Below, one piece after another: positions 44,469 through 55,453 of a stretch of 64,000 bases of DNA (position 1 is the stretch's first letter; every line of letters starts with the position of its first letter). Source of the stretch: an uncultured Planctomycetaceae bacterium (GTDB lineage: Bacteria; Planctomycetota; Planctomycetia; Isosphaerales; Isosphaeraceae). Position numbers and translations under genes: made by a program. The notes under the pieces were generated by a model, which saw nothing but the letters and a program-made list of their open reading frames with translations, searched no databases and was not told where the DNA came from. The DNA lies in contig CAWIAD010000002.1 in the NCBI GenBank assembly GCA_963833985.1, forward strand, positions 3,520,001 through 3,584,000, in the 5' to 3' direction.

Positions 44469-45293
44469 TCAGCGCGGGCGCGGGCCTCGCGGCTGATAGA
44501 CCTCGAGGTAGCACTTCTCGTCAAGCTGCCCGATTTCGTGCGCCATGCCATGGGCCAAGAGCTCACCTCCCATAATCATGAGCAAACGGTAGTTCCCCGC
44601 GCTGTGGTCGACCAGTGTCTCTGCGAGCTGGGGCGTCATGAGCGCGGCATTGCCGGCCTTGGCCAGCGCGTGTTGAAGCAACTCCAGGAGCTCTTCGCGG
44701 GTGGCGGGCTCGGTGACCAGTCGCGTGCGAATCCGGGTGCCCAGGGGCACCAGATCTTCGTGCCGCAACAGTTCCAGCAGTCGTTCATCTCCCGAGAGGA
44801 TCACGGTCAAAAGCGACGTGGCATCGAAGTCGGCGCTGGAGAGAATACGCAGCTCGCAGAGGACCTCAGGGCTCATCTCCTGGGCTTCGTCGATCAGCAG
44901 CACCGGGCGGATCCGCGAGGAGGCCACGTGGGCTTTCCACCGCTCGCGGAGCGCCTTGAACCCGCACCAGCGATTGTGCGGTGCCAGCTTCACCGCGAAG
45001 ATGTCCCCCAGCTCCCGATAGAAGTCGGGGCTCTTCGACTGGGGTCGCTCGATCACACCGACGGTGACATCCCGCAGCGCCGCCAGCCGCCCGGCCACAA
45101 TCCGCAGCGCCACCGATTTGCCGGTGCCCGACTCACCCGTGATCAGCGCGAAGCCTCCTTCCTGGACCAGCTGTTCCACGCGCCAGGCAAATTGCTCGAT
45201 CCTGGGGGGCGCCAGCAGTGCTTCGGGAGGAAGCTCGGGTGAAAACGGGTTCCATTTCAGCCCATAGAGTGCCAGCAGTTTCTTGCTATTCAT
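44469..45293 (-). CDS. ExeA-like AAA ATPase (transposition helper)
   Basis: YGLKWNPF, GESGTGKS, LLIDEAQ. Confidence 0.9.
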   Translation of the reverse strand: MNSKKLLALYGLKWNPFSPELPPEALLAPPRIEQFAWRVEQLVQEGGFALITGESGTGKSVALRIVAGRLAALRDVTVGVIERPQSKSPDFYRELGDIFAVKLAPHNRWCGFKALRERWKAHVASSRIRPVLLIDEAQEMSPEVLCELRILSSADFDATSLLTVILSGDERLLELLRHEDLVPLGTRIRTRLVTEPATREELLELLQHALAKAGNAALMTPQLAETLVDHSAGNYRLLMIMGGELLAHGMAHEIGQLDEKCYLEVYQPRGPRPR

Positions 45294-46763
45294 GAGGGTT
45301 CTCCGTTGTCTTTCGGGGATGTCCTGGGCAAATAGGCCGGCGGCATGCCCGTGGCCGAGTACTCCTGGAGGATCCTTTTCAGGAGGGGTGGCAGTTCGCC
45401 GGCGTCGCGCCGCTGCTCTGGGGACGGCACCTCGGTGCCACCGGACCCGGTTACGGCCCGGCGGCCGTCGGCGTTGGCGGCTTTGTCGAGGGGATAAATG
45501 GGAGCCAGGACGGTTCCACTTTGCTCGTCGACCAGATCGATCCGGCCGAGGTCCCAGCGGGCGTAACGGACGGTCACTGCGCGGAAGTGACGGTACCTTG
45601 CCGGAATCTCGAAGCGCCTCCCCTCCAGTGAGATGGTGCCGTCGCTTTGACGCTGGCTCCTCTTGGTCTCCAGGCGGAATGCCGCACGCAGCGCTACACT
45701 CGAAGGGCTCGAGCGAAGCACATCGGGGGCCTTGGCGAAGCGGTCGACCGGCGAGCTGCCGGTCTCGCGGTGCACGGCGCGGTTGTACTCAATTTCCATC
45801 CAGGCCTGGGTTGCCTCATTGAGCAATTCCAGGGTCAATTCCCTGACACCATCGAGCATCTTCATGAGCCGCCCCTCGAGCGTGCCCCAGAACGCCTCCT
45901 GCTTGCCGTTTTGATACGGGCTATAAGGGAGCGTTCGCTCTGCGACGATGCCCAGACGCAAGAGCCCTTCGGTGACTTCCTCGGCCACCATCGCGGAGCC
46001 GTTATCGGTCAACAGCGCGCGCGGCAGGCCCCGTTTCTGGATCGCCTGGGAGAGTCCGTGCACCAGGTCCTCGGCGGTCTCCGAGAGATACCACTGAACG
46101 TGGCAGCACAGTCGTGAGTGGTCATCGAGGATGCCCAGCGCGATTGGCCGCAGCCACTGGCCGCCGGGAGTGAGCACCTTGAGCGATCCGTGGTGGAAAT
46201 CGAGATGCCAGAGCGCTCCGACATGGGTGGCTTCGTAGCTGCGGATTTCCCGTGTCTGACGCCTCTCTTGGGCGCGGACTTCGCCAGGGCGTCCGCCGGG
46301 CCGGAGCCTCGGTCTGCGCACCAGGCCGTGAGCCTGCATGAAACGCTTGATCGTGGAATAGGAGGGGAGCCGCCCCAGTGAGGGATCGGCCTTCAAGAGC
46401 GCGGCGAGGTTGTCGTAGTGCAGTTGATAGCTCCAGTCCGTGTGATCGCGATACTGGAGATGGAGTCGCTCGGCGAGGGTCGCCGCCAGCGAGATCTTTC
46501 CGCAGTCTTTCCGCACGGCACGACGCAAGGCGGCGACCGGGTCGTCAGGCTGGTGGAGCGCCGTGTAGTACCAGCGCGCGATGGTGGCGGCCGCGACGCG
46601 GACATCGCGCCCCGTCACAGGATGCGACCAGGTCTTTTCGGCAAGGGAGCAGATCGCTGTCTGAAGCGATCCGCGCAGGGGGAGAGCTCAGGAGCGAGCC
46701 CACCACGGAGAACCGAAACCGTGCCCACAAGGCAGCGGTTGAACAGGGGTGTCTTTGAGTCAT
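45290..46763 (-). CDS. DDE (rve) transposase, Mu/TnsB-like (frameshift ~46670)
   Basis: LWHLDFH, ILDDHSRL, TDNGSA, PYQNGKQE; N-terminus WARFRFSVVG lies in another frame. Confidence 0.88.
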
Positions 46764-46859
46764 CACATCTCCTCACAAGTCGGGTGAAGGGACCGTGACA
46801 ACCTCTATAAATCGGCGGATCAAAATCGGCGACGAGCATCTTCTGCGGGTGGAAAGCGA

Positions 46860-47444
46860 TCATCGCGAGACCTCGATTCGCAGGCCGCCGGGGATCGTGA
46901 TCGGTGCGAGAAACCGCAGCAGGAGCGTCCACCCTTTGCAGATGCGATGGCGGGAGAGGAAGGCGTCGACAAGTGAGTAGGGAAGGGAGAGGATCTCCAG
47001 GACCGGCACCAACCGGGCGCCTGCAACCTTCCAGAATGGTGTCTGAGGAAAGCGTTCGCGCCAGAAGACCTGCCAGCGGGCGATGGTCCGGCGGTCGGCG
47101 CCGAAGCGTGTGGAAAGCTCGCGGACGCGGCGTGGCGAGGGTCCCTGCCGCATGGCGCTGATGAGGATCACGATCGCGCCCAGGTAGACCTTGCGGCCCA
47201 GGAAGCGCACCGACGGCGGTGTGACTCTCTTCCTGCAGCCCTCACGATCGCAGCAGAAGCTCAGTCTGAGGCATTCTTGCTCGGGTAGCTGGACGGCAGT
47301 GCCGCGTGGCTTGCGGAGATAGTTGGCGGCGTGCAGGCGGCCGCCACATGAACATGCTTGCTTGCGGGTTTCCTCTGCGAGATGCTGGTCGACAGCCCAA
47401 AGAAACGACCAGAGCCTGGCGGTCCGGGGTAAATCATGATACAT
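46860..47444 (-). CDS. Cys-rich HTH protein associated with the transposase
   Basis: CSCGG...FCCDREGCRKR followed by an HTH-like segment ADRRTIARW; start MYHDL. Confidence 0.7.
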   Translation of the reverse strand: MYHDLPRTARLWSFLWAVDQHLAEETRKQACSCGGRLHAANYLRKPRGTAVQLPEQECLRLSFCCDREGCRKRVTPPSVRFLGRKVYLGAIVILISAMRQGPSPRRVRELSTRFGADRRTIARWQVFWRERFPQTPFWKVAGARLVPVLEILSLPYSLVDAFLSRHRICKGWTLLLRFLAPITIPGGLRIEVSR

Positions 47445-47949
47445 GGTCGAGTACTCCGCTGTTGTGGTAAACCACGGAGTACACCCCTCGGGAAGCTTGA
47501 TCAAGTGACCAGGCTCTTCGAGGGGAATTTTGTTGGTACCCTCAGCGATGTTGCTCAGGAATCGCTGATTTCGCGTCGCTTAGCCTGCTCACGCACACTT
47601 GTCCCCGTGAACGATTCTGCGACCCCTCTTGACTTGTGCTTCGCTCAGGGTAGCCTCGACGCCGCTTGGACATAACCTCGAAAGGAGATCTCGTCTTCTT
47701 GGAAGTCGAGTTGCATGATCCACCTCCTTTGGCAGAAATCGGATCGGGAAGCTGAGGGAACAAGTGCAGTATGCACCATCCCCAAGGTAGACAATGTGAA
47801 GAGCGTCAAGGTTCGGGGCGTGGGTTCGTCGCCGGAGTGCCGATCGGTTCAACGGCTCCACAGGCAAACTCTGCATTGTGCTCGGCTCTTTCTTTCGCCG
47901 ACCCCTTTCGACCCACATTACCATACAGAGGTTGGACTACCCCTTGAGC

Positions 47950-48354
47950 ATGCTTCGACGACGTAATCCACTGGTCCAGATGATCCTGATCGCCTTGGTT
48001 TCCGCTCTGGGTATCGGTTCCCGCCGTTACGCCCACAACTTGCCAGGATTCATCGCCATCTAAGCCGGGGACACACTCTGGGCACTGGCGGCGTTCCTCG
48101 GCTTCGGGCTGGTGTTGCCCAGGCAGTCAACCTGGAAGGTGGCTGCCTTTGCAATGACATTCTCTGTCTTGATTGAACTCAGCCAGTTGTACCATGCCCC
48201 CTGGATCGACTCGATCCGCCGCACGACGCTGGGTGGGTTGATCCTGGGGTTCGGATTCCTTTGGAGCGACCTTGCCTGCTACGCTCTTGGCGTGTTGCTC
48301 GGCATATTGATCGAACGACTCGCTCTGGGTGTTCGGATTCAATGGAGGTCGTGA
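47950..48354 (+). pseudogene. DUF2809-like membrane protein with premature TAA (48061)
   Basis: ...FIAI*AGDTLWA...IELSQLYHAPWIDSIRRTTLGGLILGFGFLWSDL read in one frame. Confidence 0.75.
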
Positions 48355-48359
48355 CCGTG

Positions 48360-49811
48360 ATGAACCCAATCCTCGCCGCCCTGGTCCTCCTGTCACTCCC
48401 CACCTCTTCCGACCCTGTGGTTGCGAGCCCCTTCACACAACGCGGCTACTACATCACGTTCATGCGGATGCCGACCTACGACTTGGCTGACTGGAAGAGG
48501 ATCGTGGATGGCATCCATGACGACAGCGGTAACACGCTGCTGCTTTGGGTCGCCGGGGCGTTTCGATCGAAGAAGTACCCGATCACGTGGAGGTACAATC
48601 AGGAGCATGAGAACCTCCGTCACGATTTCGTGCGGGACTTGATCGACCACGCCCATACCAGGGGTATCAAGGTGCTCCTGGGCTTCACTCCGTTCGGCTA
48701 CGACGGCGTGAATCAATACCCACTGGAGCACCCAGAGACGAGAGCCGTTGGCAAGGACGGCAAACCCATCGGCTTGGCAGGCATTGGCTGCTGGGGCTAC
48801 AACCTGTGCCCGTCAAAGCCCGAGTCGCAGCGATTCATGCTGGACTACGTTCGCGAGATGCTCCGCTTCTATCCCAACGCCGATGGGCTGATGATCGAAT
48901 CATCCGACTACGCCATCTGCCACTGCAAAGACTGTGGACCCCACTTCTTCGACAAGGAGTTCGCCTTCGTAAAGCAGATGTCCGAGGACGTGTGGTCCAA
49001 GAAGCTAGACGCCATGATCGTCGTCTACCCCCACTACTTCTCAGGGACCGACGTGCCTGGCTTCGGCGTCAAAGCGGCGAAGCAGGAATTCGACCCTCGT
49101 TGGACATTGTTCTTCACCCCGCACAGCGCCCACCTTGACCCCGTGTTGATCAAGCAAGCCAGACGCAGCCTGTGGTGGGACGACTCACCGGCTCTGAGGA
49201 GTCCGAAGGATATCCAGCAGGGTGCCACGCGAGCCAGGGACGCAGGTGTGACTGGCTATGTCCCGTCTTTGGAGGCTTACAGTTTCGTCGCCACCGTTGC
49301 CGAGGAGGGTCAGGCGTGGCTCAAGGGAAGGAGGCAGATACCTCTCGGGTTCGGCTGGCTTGCCCCCGGAGACCCGCCCTACGATGAGCTTCCCATGCGG
49401 GTCAACCGTATCGCCTACCGGGAGTTCAGCCGCAACCCCGATCTGCCGTTTGAGCGATTCAAGGAGATCCTGCGTCGGGAGACTTTTGGCGAGGCATCTA
49501 CCCCTCAATTGGTCGATGACCTTTTGACGCTCCAGGCGGTCTTCGCCACGGAGCGGACTTGGTGCCAGCCCTCACCCCTGGTTTGCCCTGAGCGGGTGCG
49601 AGCGATGAAGGACAAAGGGGAACTCACTGGGGTGAAGCTCGACGGGTACCGCAGGGCGCTGGATCAACTCCGTGCCATCGAAGGAAGACACCGAGCGCCG
49701 AGGTCGGAGGGTGAGAAAGAGCTACATCGGATTTCCCGCTGGGTGCTCGATCGGTGGACCGAGGAGAATCAGAAGCTCCTGGTCTCACCCACCGACCAAA
49801 GGAAGGACTGA
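48360..49811 (+). CDS. Secreted hypothetical protein, glycoside-hydrolase-like TIM barrel
   Basis: Signal peptide; DLIDHAHTRGIKVLLGF, LCPSKPES, DGLMIESSD, CHCKDC. Confidence 0.65.
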   Translation: MNPILAALVLLSLPTSSDPVVASPFTQRGYYITFMRMPTYDLADWKRIVDGIHDDSGNTLLLWVAGAFRSKKYPITWRYNQEHENLRHDFVRDLIDHAHTRGIKVLLGFTPFGYDGVNQYPLEHPETRAVGKDGKPIGLAGIGCWGYNLCPSKPESQRFMLDYVREMLRFYPNADGLMIESSDYAICHCKDCGPHFFDKEFAFVKQMSEDVWSKKLDAMIVVYPHYFSGTDVPGFGVKAAKQEFDPRWTLFFTPHSAHLDPVLIKQARRSLWWDDSPALRSPKDIQQGATRARDAGVTGYVPSLEAYSFVATVAEEGQAWLKGRRQIPLGFGWLAPGDPPYDELPMRVNRIAYREFSRNPDLPFERFKEILRRETFGEASTPQLVDDLLTLQAVFATERTWCQPSPLVCPERVRAMKDKGELTGVKLDGYRRALDQLRAIEGRHRAPRSEGEKELHRISRWVLDRWTEENQKLLVSPTDQRKD

Positions 49812-49820
49812 GCCTCACCG

Positions 49821-50459
49821 ATGCCCAGGCAAAACCGTGTTACACCACTCGGAGAGATCATCGCCTGCCGTGAACGCGGGACGATGTTGGGTAACCGGGG
49901 CATCCTCCACGACGAGAGTGGGAACATACGGCGATCCTGGAGCGGGAGGCGATGGCTGATATGTCAGTTGGAATTCAGGGGGCGGCGTAGGACAATCATG
50001 GCACCTCACCGCTACACGGAACTCTTCTTCCTCGACGAAGCCACGGGGCTCGCTGCTGGTCATCGTCCCTGCTTCGAGTGCCAACGACGAAGGTACTACG
50101 AATTCCGTGCTGTCTGGGCAGCGGGCAACCTTTACGATCAATCAATCAGCCCTCTCAGTGCGGGCGAGATTGATATGCGGCTGCATGCCGACCGACTCGA
50201 CGCGAGCCGCTCCAAACGAGTCTTCCAGGCGAACCTCGATGATTTGCCCAGTGGGGTCTTCATTAGTAAGGACGGAAGAACAGACCAAGCTCTACTCATC
50301 CAAGGCGATTCCCTGCTCGTGTGGTCTCCAGGAGGGTATCGGGACCGTCTACGCCGAAGGAAGCATGAAGTTGTTTCGGTGCTCACGCCAAGGTCCACAG
50401 TGGCAGCGATCCGAGCGGGGTTCATCCCCGAGATTCATCCGTCAGCGGCTCTGGCTTGA
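49821..50459 (+). CDS. Conserved hypothetical protein with Cys motif (AAGHRPCFEC)
   Basis: QNRVTP, GNRG, YTELFFLDEAT, GHRPCFEC. Confidence 0.75.
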   Translation: MPRQNRVTPLGEIIACRERGTMLGNRGILHDESGNIRRSWSGRRWLICQLEFRGRRRTIMAPHRYTELFFLDEATGLAAGHRPCFECQRRRYYEFRAVWAAGNLYDQSISPLSAGEIDMRLHADRLDASRSKRVFQANLDDLPSGVFISKDGRTDQALLIQGDSLLVWSPGGYRDRLRRRKHEVVSVLTPRSTVAAIRAGFIPEIHPSAALA

Positions 50460-50494
50460 TGACTCATATTCGCTTACCGAGTATGGTACTTTCG

Positions 50495-51247
50495 TCACAG
50501 CTTGAAGAAGAGCCCCATGAAGATCGCCACTCCGAGCCAGCAACCGACTGGGACGAAGATCGCCGCCAGATAAGCTCGAACTCGTCCCCGGCGATCGATT
50601 GGAGGTTGTGGCAAGTATTTGCCGACGACCGCGATGCCCGGCAGGATGAGCAGCAGGTAAGAGACGATCGAGAGTGGGATGATCCAGATCAGCAGCAGCG
50701 GGGCATGGGCGAATCTTGGGATGACGAAAGCTTCAGCCAGCCACCCGGAGAACCCGCAGAGAATCAGCGACTCCCGGACCTCAAGACCGGCGAACCTCAA
50801 GACCAGAGCACTGCCGAGCGACCAGCCCATTAGTACCGCCACTCCAACAAAGAACTCTGGGAAGAAACGTGTTCGGCTCTCCCACATCCCCGTCCGTGTC
50901 AAGTAGCAAAGAGCTTCTTCGAGGATGCACATCGCCAGGCTGAGCACACGGAAGAATTGCCAACTGTGTGGTTTCTTTATCGGCAGCCTTGCGACGGCAG
51001 GAACCAAGCTGACAACTACCACGCCTCCACCGACGCACCAGAGGCTCCAGTACGCCCAGCCTGGTGGTGGTCGGAACTCTGGGAGATGGATCGAGGTGAC
51101 GAGACCACCGACGATCCAGCCGAGGTTTCCGACGAACCACACGGTCAACCATCGAACAGCGGGAACAACCCAGCCGTGTTGTTCTGGCAAGCGGATGGCG
51201 TCCGAGAGACGGGTAATGAGATCGTGCCGGGGGCTCGGCTCAGTCAT
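50495..51247 (-). CDS. Hypothetical membrane protein
   Basis: Several hydrophobic TM segments. Confidence 0.65.
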   Translation of the reverse strand: MTEPSPRHDLITRLSDAIRLPEQHGWVVPAVRWLTVWFVGNLGWIVGGLVTSIHLPEFRPPPGWAYWSLWCVGGGVVVVSLVPAVARLPIKKPHSWQFFRVLSLAMCILEEALCYLTRTGMWESRTRFFPEFFVGVAVLMGWSLGSALVLRFAGLEVRESLILCGFSGWLAEAFVIPRFAHAPLLLIWIIPLSIVSYLLLILPGIAVVGKYLPQPPIDRRGRVRAYLAAIFVPVGCWLGVAIFMGLFFKL

Positions 51248-51314
51248 GGGTCTCAAACTTGAGTGGGCAGTGGGTAGACCAGTCAAGGGCGTTTCGTTGC
51301 CCCAGTAAGGGATT

Positions 51315-51929
51315 CTACTTCACAGCTATTCCCCGGTACATCGATCCCACGATCCTGGGCGTACGGTCAAGCAGGAACCTCTCAACTTGGACATCACGGA
51401 ATGCCCCCGATTTGACGAGGGCTTCGATATCCACATCCAGGCGACAGCCACCTGCGATCCGCTTCTGAAGGGGCGTGAGGCGACGTTGCCAGTGCTGAAT
51501 GCGGGGTTCTTCGCTCAGCCCGTGCTCCACGTACAAGAACCGTCCTCCAGCCCTGAGCACGCGACTGATCTCGGCGACCGCCCGCCTGGCATCCGGGATG
51601 CTGCACAGCGTCCAGGTGCTCACCACGTAGTCGAAGCTCCCGTCCTCGAATGGAAGTTCCTCGGCGGATTGGACGCTAAGGTCCACGTTGATGTCGCACC
51701 GCTCGATCCTACGCCGGGCGATGCGTGCCATCCCCTCCCCAGGATCAATCGCCGCAAGGTGACGGACGTGCTCCGGGTAATGCTCCAGGTTGAGCCCCGT
51801 CCCGAAGCCGATCTCCAGGATCTCCCCGTCCACCTCGGTGAGCGTCTCGCTGCGGAGCCGCTCGATGCGGGGATTACGCATGCTCCAGTCGCAGAGCCGG
51901 GGGAGGAGCAGGCGGGAGTAGATGCCCAT
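51315..51929 (-). CDS. Class I SAM-dependent methyltransferase
   Basis: ILEIGFGTG, FDYVVSTWTLCSI, VLRAGGRF, EHG. Confidence 0.88.
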   Translation of the reverse strand: MGIYSRLLLPRLCDWSMRNPRIERLRSETLTEVDGEILEIGFGTGLNLEHYPEHVRHLAAIDPGEGMARIARRRIERCDINVDLSVQSAEELPFEDGSFDYVVSTWTLCSIPDARRAVAEISRVLRAGGRFLYVEHGLSEEPRIQHWQRRLTPLQKRIAGGCRLDVDIEALVKSGAFRDVQVERFLLDRTPRIVGSMYRGIAVK

Positions 51930-51991
51930 CGCATTATGCCTCATGCACCTCGACCGGCAGAGCAAAGAGGTCTGTCTCGATCAGCATGATC

Positions 51992-52729
51992 TCAACGTGA
52001 GCACTCGATCCCCACAACCGGGGGATGATCCAGGAAGTCCCGCCAATAATCGGGTTCATGCCCCACGTCGGCAATGGGTGAGATCCGGGGGCGGTGCCAT
52101 CGCACATCCACGAAGCCCGCCGACCGCAACGCCTCTTCGTAAGCCGTGGCGGGTAGCCAGTAGTTCTCGACCTCAACCGGACCCTCGTCGAGATGAAACA
52201 CCAAGGTGAAGGGCTGCCCCTCATGCGGTTCAGACGATCCACGGACCTCGAACCCGTACTTCAGATATGTCCCTCCTCTCTCGAATTCGATACTAGGGTT
52301 GGAGTTCATGGTCACGAACCGCCCGCCCGGCTTGAGGCACCTGACAATGCTTTGGACCATCGCTTCCAGGTCTTCTCTGCTCTGTGAGTAGTTCAGCAGA
52401 TAAGCTGCTGTTGCCACGTCGAATTCAACCGGCAAAGAGAGCGAGCGACAGTCCTGGACAAGATACTCAAGCCCGAGCGGGTGCTCTGCCTCTTGGGCTC
52501 GTGCCAGGGCGATCATCCCCTCCGACCGATCGACTCCCACAACCTTCGCCGCCCCCAAGCTCGGGAGCATCCTAGTATCGCGCCCTTCGCCGCATGCTAG
52601 ATCGACCACTGCTTTCCCCGTGAGATCTCCCAGCATGCCGAAGAACGTGAACGCCTCGATGTGCCCCCGCCAGGTCTGGCGCGTCACCCCCTGATACTGC
52701 CCCGCGATTACGTCGTAGTCGGTTGGCAT
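51992..52729 (-). CDS. Class I SAM-dependent methyltransferase (ToxA-like)
   Basis: VVDLACGEG, YLLNY, LKPGGRF. Confidence 0.82.
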   Translation of the reverse strand: MPTDYDVIAGQYQGVTRQTWRGHIEAFTFFGMLGDLTGKAVVDLACGEGRDTRMLPSLGAAKVVGVDRSEGMIALARAQEAEHPLGLEYLVQDCRSLSLPVEFDVATAAYLLNYSQSREDLEAMVQSIVRCLKPGGRFVTMNSNPSIEFERGGTYLKYGFEVRGSSEPHEGQPFTLVFHLDEGPVEVENYWLPATAYEEALRSAGFVDVRWHRPRISPIADVGHEPDYWRDFLDHPPVVGIECSR

Positions 52730-52853
52730 TTTCAGCACTCTCCCACGCACTCGGTAGAGTTGGTCGTCCCCAGGGCATCTTACCCAAGGACAATGAGGTT
52801 AGGGGGGGCATTGATTCCTCTAGGCGATCACGTCGTTGAGAGATTGCAGATGA

Positions 52854-53438
52854 TCAGCGACTTTGTTTAGGCAAGACTCGGAAGACGAGTTCTGAAGATC
52901 GGAAACCAGCGCCCTTCCAGGAAACGCGGTAGATTGCGGGCTCTTTGAACTGGTCCCCGAGAGGGCAATCGAATTGAAGGCTCTCTCCAGGCGGCAACGC
53001 TCTGAAACGAGCGCCCTTCTGGACGCTGCCGAGGATCACCCCAGAGTCGCTGAGTTCCTTCCCGTTGATGACGATCTGGGACTCCAGGATCTTCGGGTCG
53101 ATCACCTGGTCGCCGTCGTTGACCAAGGTGAACTCGATTCTCAGGTCTTGTGATTGACCTGCTTTGAAGATGGGATGGTTGACGCTCAATCCCGCCCAGA
53201 GGCTTCCCGCGTTCTTCTGGTCGGCGGTGCCGGGCTTGGCGGCAGCCTGGGCTAAAGACGCAGCCCTCTCGTCAGCCAGAGCCCTGGCAAGCTCAGCGTG
53301 AGCTACCGCCAGATTCATAGCCACCGCCTGACGGAACGTCCATACGACGAGGGCGAGCGGGAGGGAGCACAACGCCACAGCGACCATGAGCGTCCTGGTT
53401 GAGACTCGGAATCGGCGTTGACCGGCAGGTTCAACCAT
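52854..53438 (-). CDS. Membrane-anchored hypothetical protein with Ig-like C-terminus
   Basis: RFRVSTRTLMVAVA N-terminus, TM segment, beta-rich tail. Confidence 0.65.
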   Translation of the reverse strand: MVEPAGQRRFRVSTRTLMVAVALCSLPLALVVWTFRQAVAMNLAVAHAELARALADERAASLAQAAAKPGTADQKNAGSLWAGLSVNHPIFKAGQSQDLRIEFTLVNDGDQVIDPKILESQIVINGKELSDSGVILGSVQKGARFRALPPGESLQFDCPLGDQFKEPAIYRVSWKGAGFRSSELVFRVLPKQSR

Positions 53439-53662
53439 GAATGCCCCCTTATCGCAGCAGGCGACGAAATCACGCTCAATTACAACGTCGGCGTTCGCAT
53501 CGTTCTACCGACCTCCGGGAGCGAAGAGAGGATTAGCCGCTCCATTCAGTCGTCATCAGTATTCTGAGCATGGGGTTGAAGGATGTCAGCCGCCGATGCT
53601 GGCAAGTTGTCAAAGTAGATCGCCATTCCCGCCAAACAGTCCCAGGTTCGATTGCACTTCGA

Positions 53663-54559
53663 TCATTGACCGGGCAACGATTGCATCAGCGGGCGGATCG
53701 CAGACCACAACTGGTCCTTGATCTGGACTGGGACGGGGTTCTCCAGCCGATCCGGCGACCTCTCCCGAGACTGATCCTTGACGAGCATGCCAATGGTCAG
53801 TTCCCCGTCCGTGAAGTATCGGTCGCCGCCGCCGTTGCGACCCAAGAGAGTCGCCCCGACGCCCGTGACCTGGAACTCTTCTTTCAGCCATCCCTCCTTC
53901 CTCAGATCGGCGAACAGTCCGTCCCGCTCGGCGTCTATGTCTGCTCCGATGTGGTGGGTGATCTGTCCGGTTCGGTGGCTCAAACCAACGCTTCGGTCAT
54001 ACGTCACCGCACCGATCCACAGGGGCAACTCGCCTCGTCCATACTCCGTGGACTTCCAGAACCGGACGTGGTGGCGATGGCTGGCGTTCTCGCCGACCGG
54101 TTTCTCGAAGGCAAGGTCTTGCTTGCGTCCGAACAGGAACAGGCTGCTGACGGGCGCATCCACATAGGGTCGGTCCCGCAGCACGCTGCGGGCGATGCCG
54201 ATGCTGGACTTCAGGGTAACCGGATCGGCGGCGTCCCAGCCCGAGCCGAGCAAGGCACGGACAAGTTCCTGCTCGGTCCCGATCAATCCAACGTTGAGCG
54301 GGTCGCCAGGGATGCCCTGGGTCGTCCGTGCGGTCTTGGGGGCACTCTCCAGTGCAGGCTGGTGCTCGTAGTGCCGCCAGAGCGCCGGAAGTACCAGATA
54401 AGCCAGCAGCAGCCAGGTGACGACGAGGGCGACCACGACCTTCAGTGTTCGGACCAAGAGCCGCCGTGGTCTCGGAGCGGGTTTCGTGGCGTCAACTCCT
54501 GCCCCAGATTCGGTCGCTGAGGGCGTCGTCTGACTTTCATCACCGTGATCGTCTGGCAT
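53663..54559 (-). CDS. LssY C-terminal-like domain protein
   Basis: GDPLNVGLIG, APVSSLFLFGRKQDLAFE, RHHVRFW, THHI..DIDAERD. Confidence 0.8.
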   Translation of the reverse strand: MPDDHGDESQTTPSATESGAGVDATKPAPRPRRLLVRTLKVVVALVVTWLLLAYLVLPALWRHYEHQPALESAPKTARTTQGIPGDPLNVGLIGTEQELVRALLGSGWDAADPVTLKSSIGIARSVLRDRPYVDAPVSSLFLFGRKQDLAFEKPVGENASHRHHVRFWKSTEYGRGELPLWIGAVTYDRSVGLSHRTGQITHHIGADIDAERDGLFADLRKEGWLKEEFQVTGVGATLLGRNGGGDRYFTDGELTIGMLVKDQSRERSPDRLENPVPVQIKDQLWSAIRPLMQSLPGQ

Positions 54560-54620
54560 ACCGACCTACCTTCTTTCCTCCGATCAATTCCATCATGTCC
54601 CAGCAATACAAAACGACCAG

Positions 54621-54812
54621 TCACAGAAGGAGCCAGAACGCCCAGAAGCACAATCCGGCAGCGGCAACCAAGCCAATGCCCGACAGCCACATGGGGATCT
54701 CTTGCGAGCGAAGATCGACCCGCCAGCGGAGGACAAGACGCAACGCATGAAACAGGGCGACCAGCCCGAAGATGATCCCTGAGATGAGGAAGAATACCTG
54801 CTGATCAGCCAT
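54621..54812 (-). CDS. Small membrane protein
   Basis: 63 aa with two TM segments; GAGGAG RBS. Confidence 0.65.
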   Translation of the reverse strand: MADQQVFFLISGIIFGLVALFHALRLVLRWRVDLRSQEIPMWLSGIGLVAAAGLCFWAFWLLL

Positions 54813-54924
54813 TGGGACAACTCCTCGCTCCTGGTATAGCCCACCGGACCTGCACAGGTTTTCGAGCCAACGAGATCAGTTCGTCGAGGACGACCACCGT
54901 CAATCGAGGCACTGCTCTCGCTGG

Positions 54925-55416
54925 TCACCACCCGTAGTCTTCAAGGAACCGCTTCTCCAAGACCGCCCTGAACTTGTCCCGCATCTTGGGGCTGAACAAC
55001 TTATCCTCAGCAAGCGCCTCAAACCCCTCCTCGACCAGTTCCGAGGGCATGGTGGATAGCGCCTTGATGACCGCTCCCAGGTAACGCCGAGTGGTGTTTG
55101 AACTCTTGACTCGCTTCAACTCGCCGAACAGCAGGTTGGCACAAGGCTTGGTCTCGATGCCCCTCATTGCCTCAACGATGCTGATTCGCTTCTCCCAGTT
55201 GTCGTCACTGTTCACGAGCAGACCCATAAGGAAGATCCCGGCTTCCGTCCGACCATGACCGTACATTGAAGCCAGCAGGTTCAGACCCGACCGGAACTCC
55301 TGATGATCATCGGAGAGTGCCTGTTTCAGAGCACCGTCGATGGGAAACTTACCTGGATCGAAGTAACCCTCCTTCGTGATCCAGGGGAACTTCCCGTGAA
55401 GCTCTTTGGGGTTCAT
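54925..55416 (-). CDS. Hypothetical helical (HEAT-like) protein
   Basis: 163-aa clean ORF with GGAG RBS. Confidence 0.65.
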   Translation of the reverse strand: MNPKELHGKFPWITKEGYFDPGKFPIDGALKQALSDDHQEFRSGLNLLASMYGHGRTEAGIFLMGLLVNSDDNWEKRISIVEAMRGIETKPCANLLFGELKRVKSSNTTRRYLGAVIKALSTMPSELVEEGFEALAEDKLFSPKMRDKFRAVLEKRFLEDYGW

Positions 55417-55453
55417 TGACCATTCTCCGCGAACCTAATCCTGATCAAGAACG

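Larger units (their letters stand above)
43373..47591 (-). mobile_element. Four-gene DDE/AAA transposon (ends tentative)
   Basis: Starts TGAG at 43373 with GATAATCG(A/G)TGG repeats at 43386 and 43410; candidate far end ...CTCA at 47591; no TSD found. Confidence 0.55.

Noticed and set aside
47592..47940. Short ORFs right of the transposon
   Set aside because: No recognisable motifs, and they do not continue the integrase.
48061..48063. Stop-codon recoding in the DUF2809-like gene (also IS4 TAG at 21583)
   Set aside because: These are TAA and TAG with no recoding signal or pyl genes in view; simple nonsense changes.
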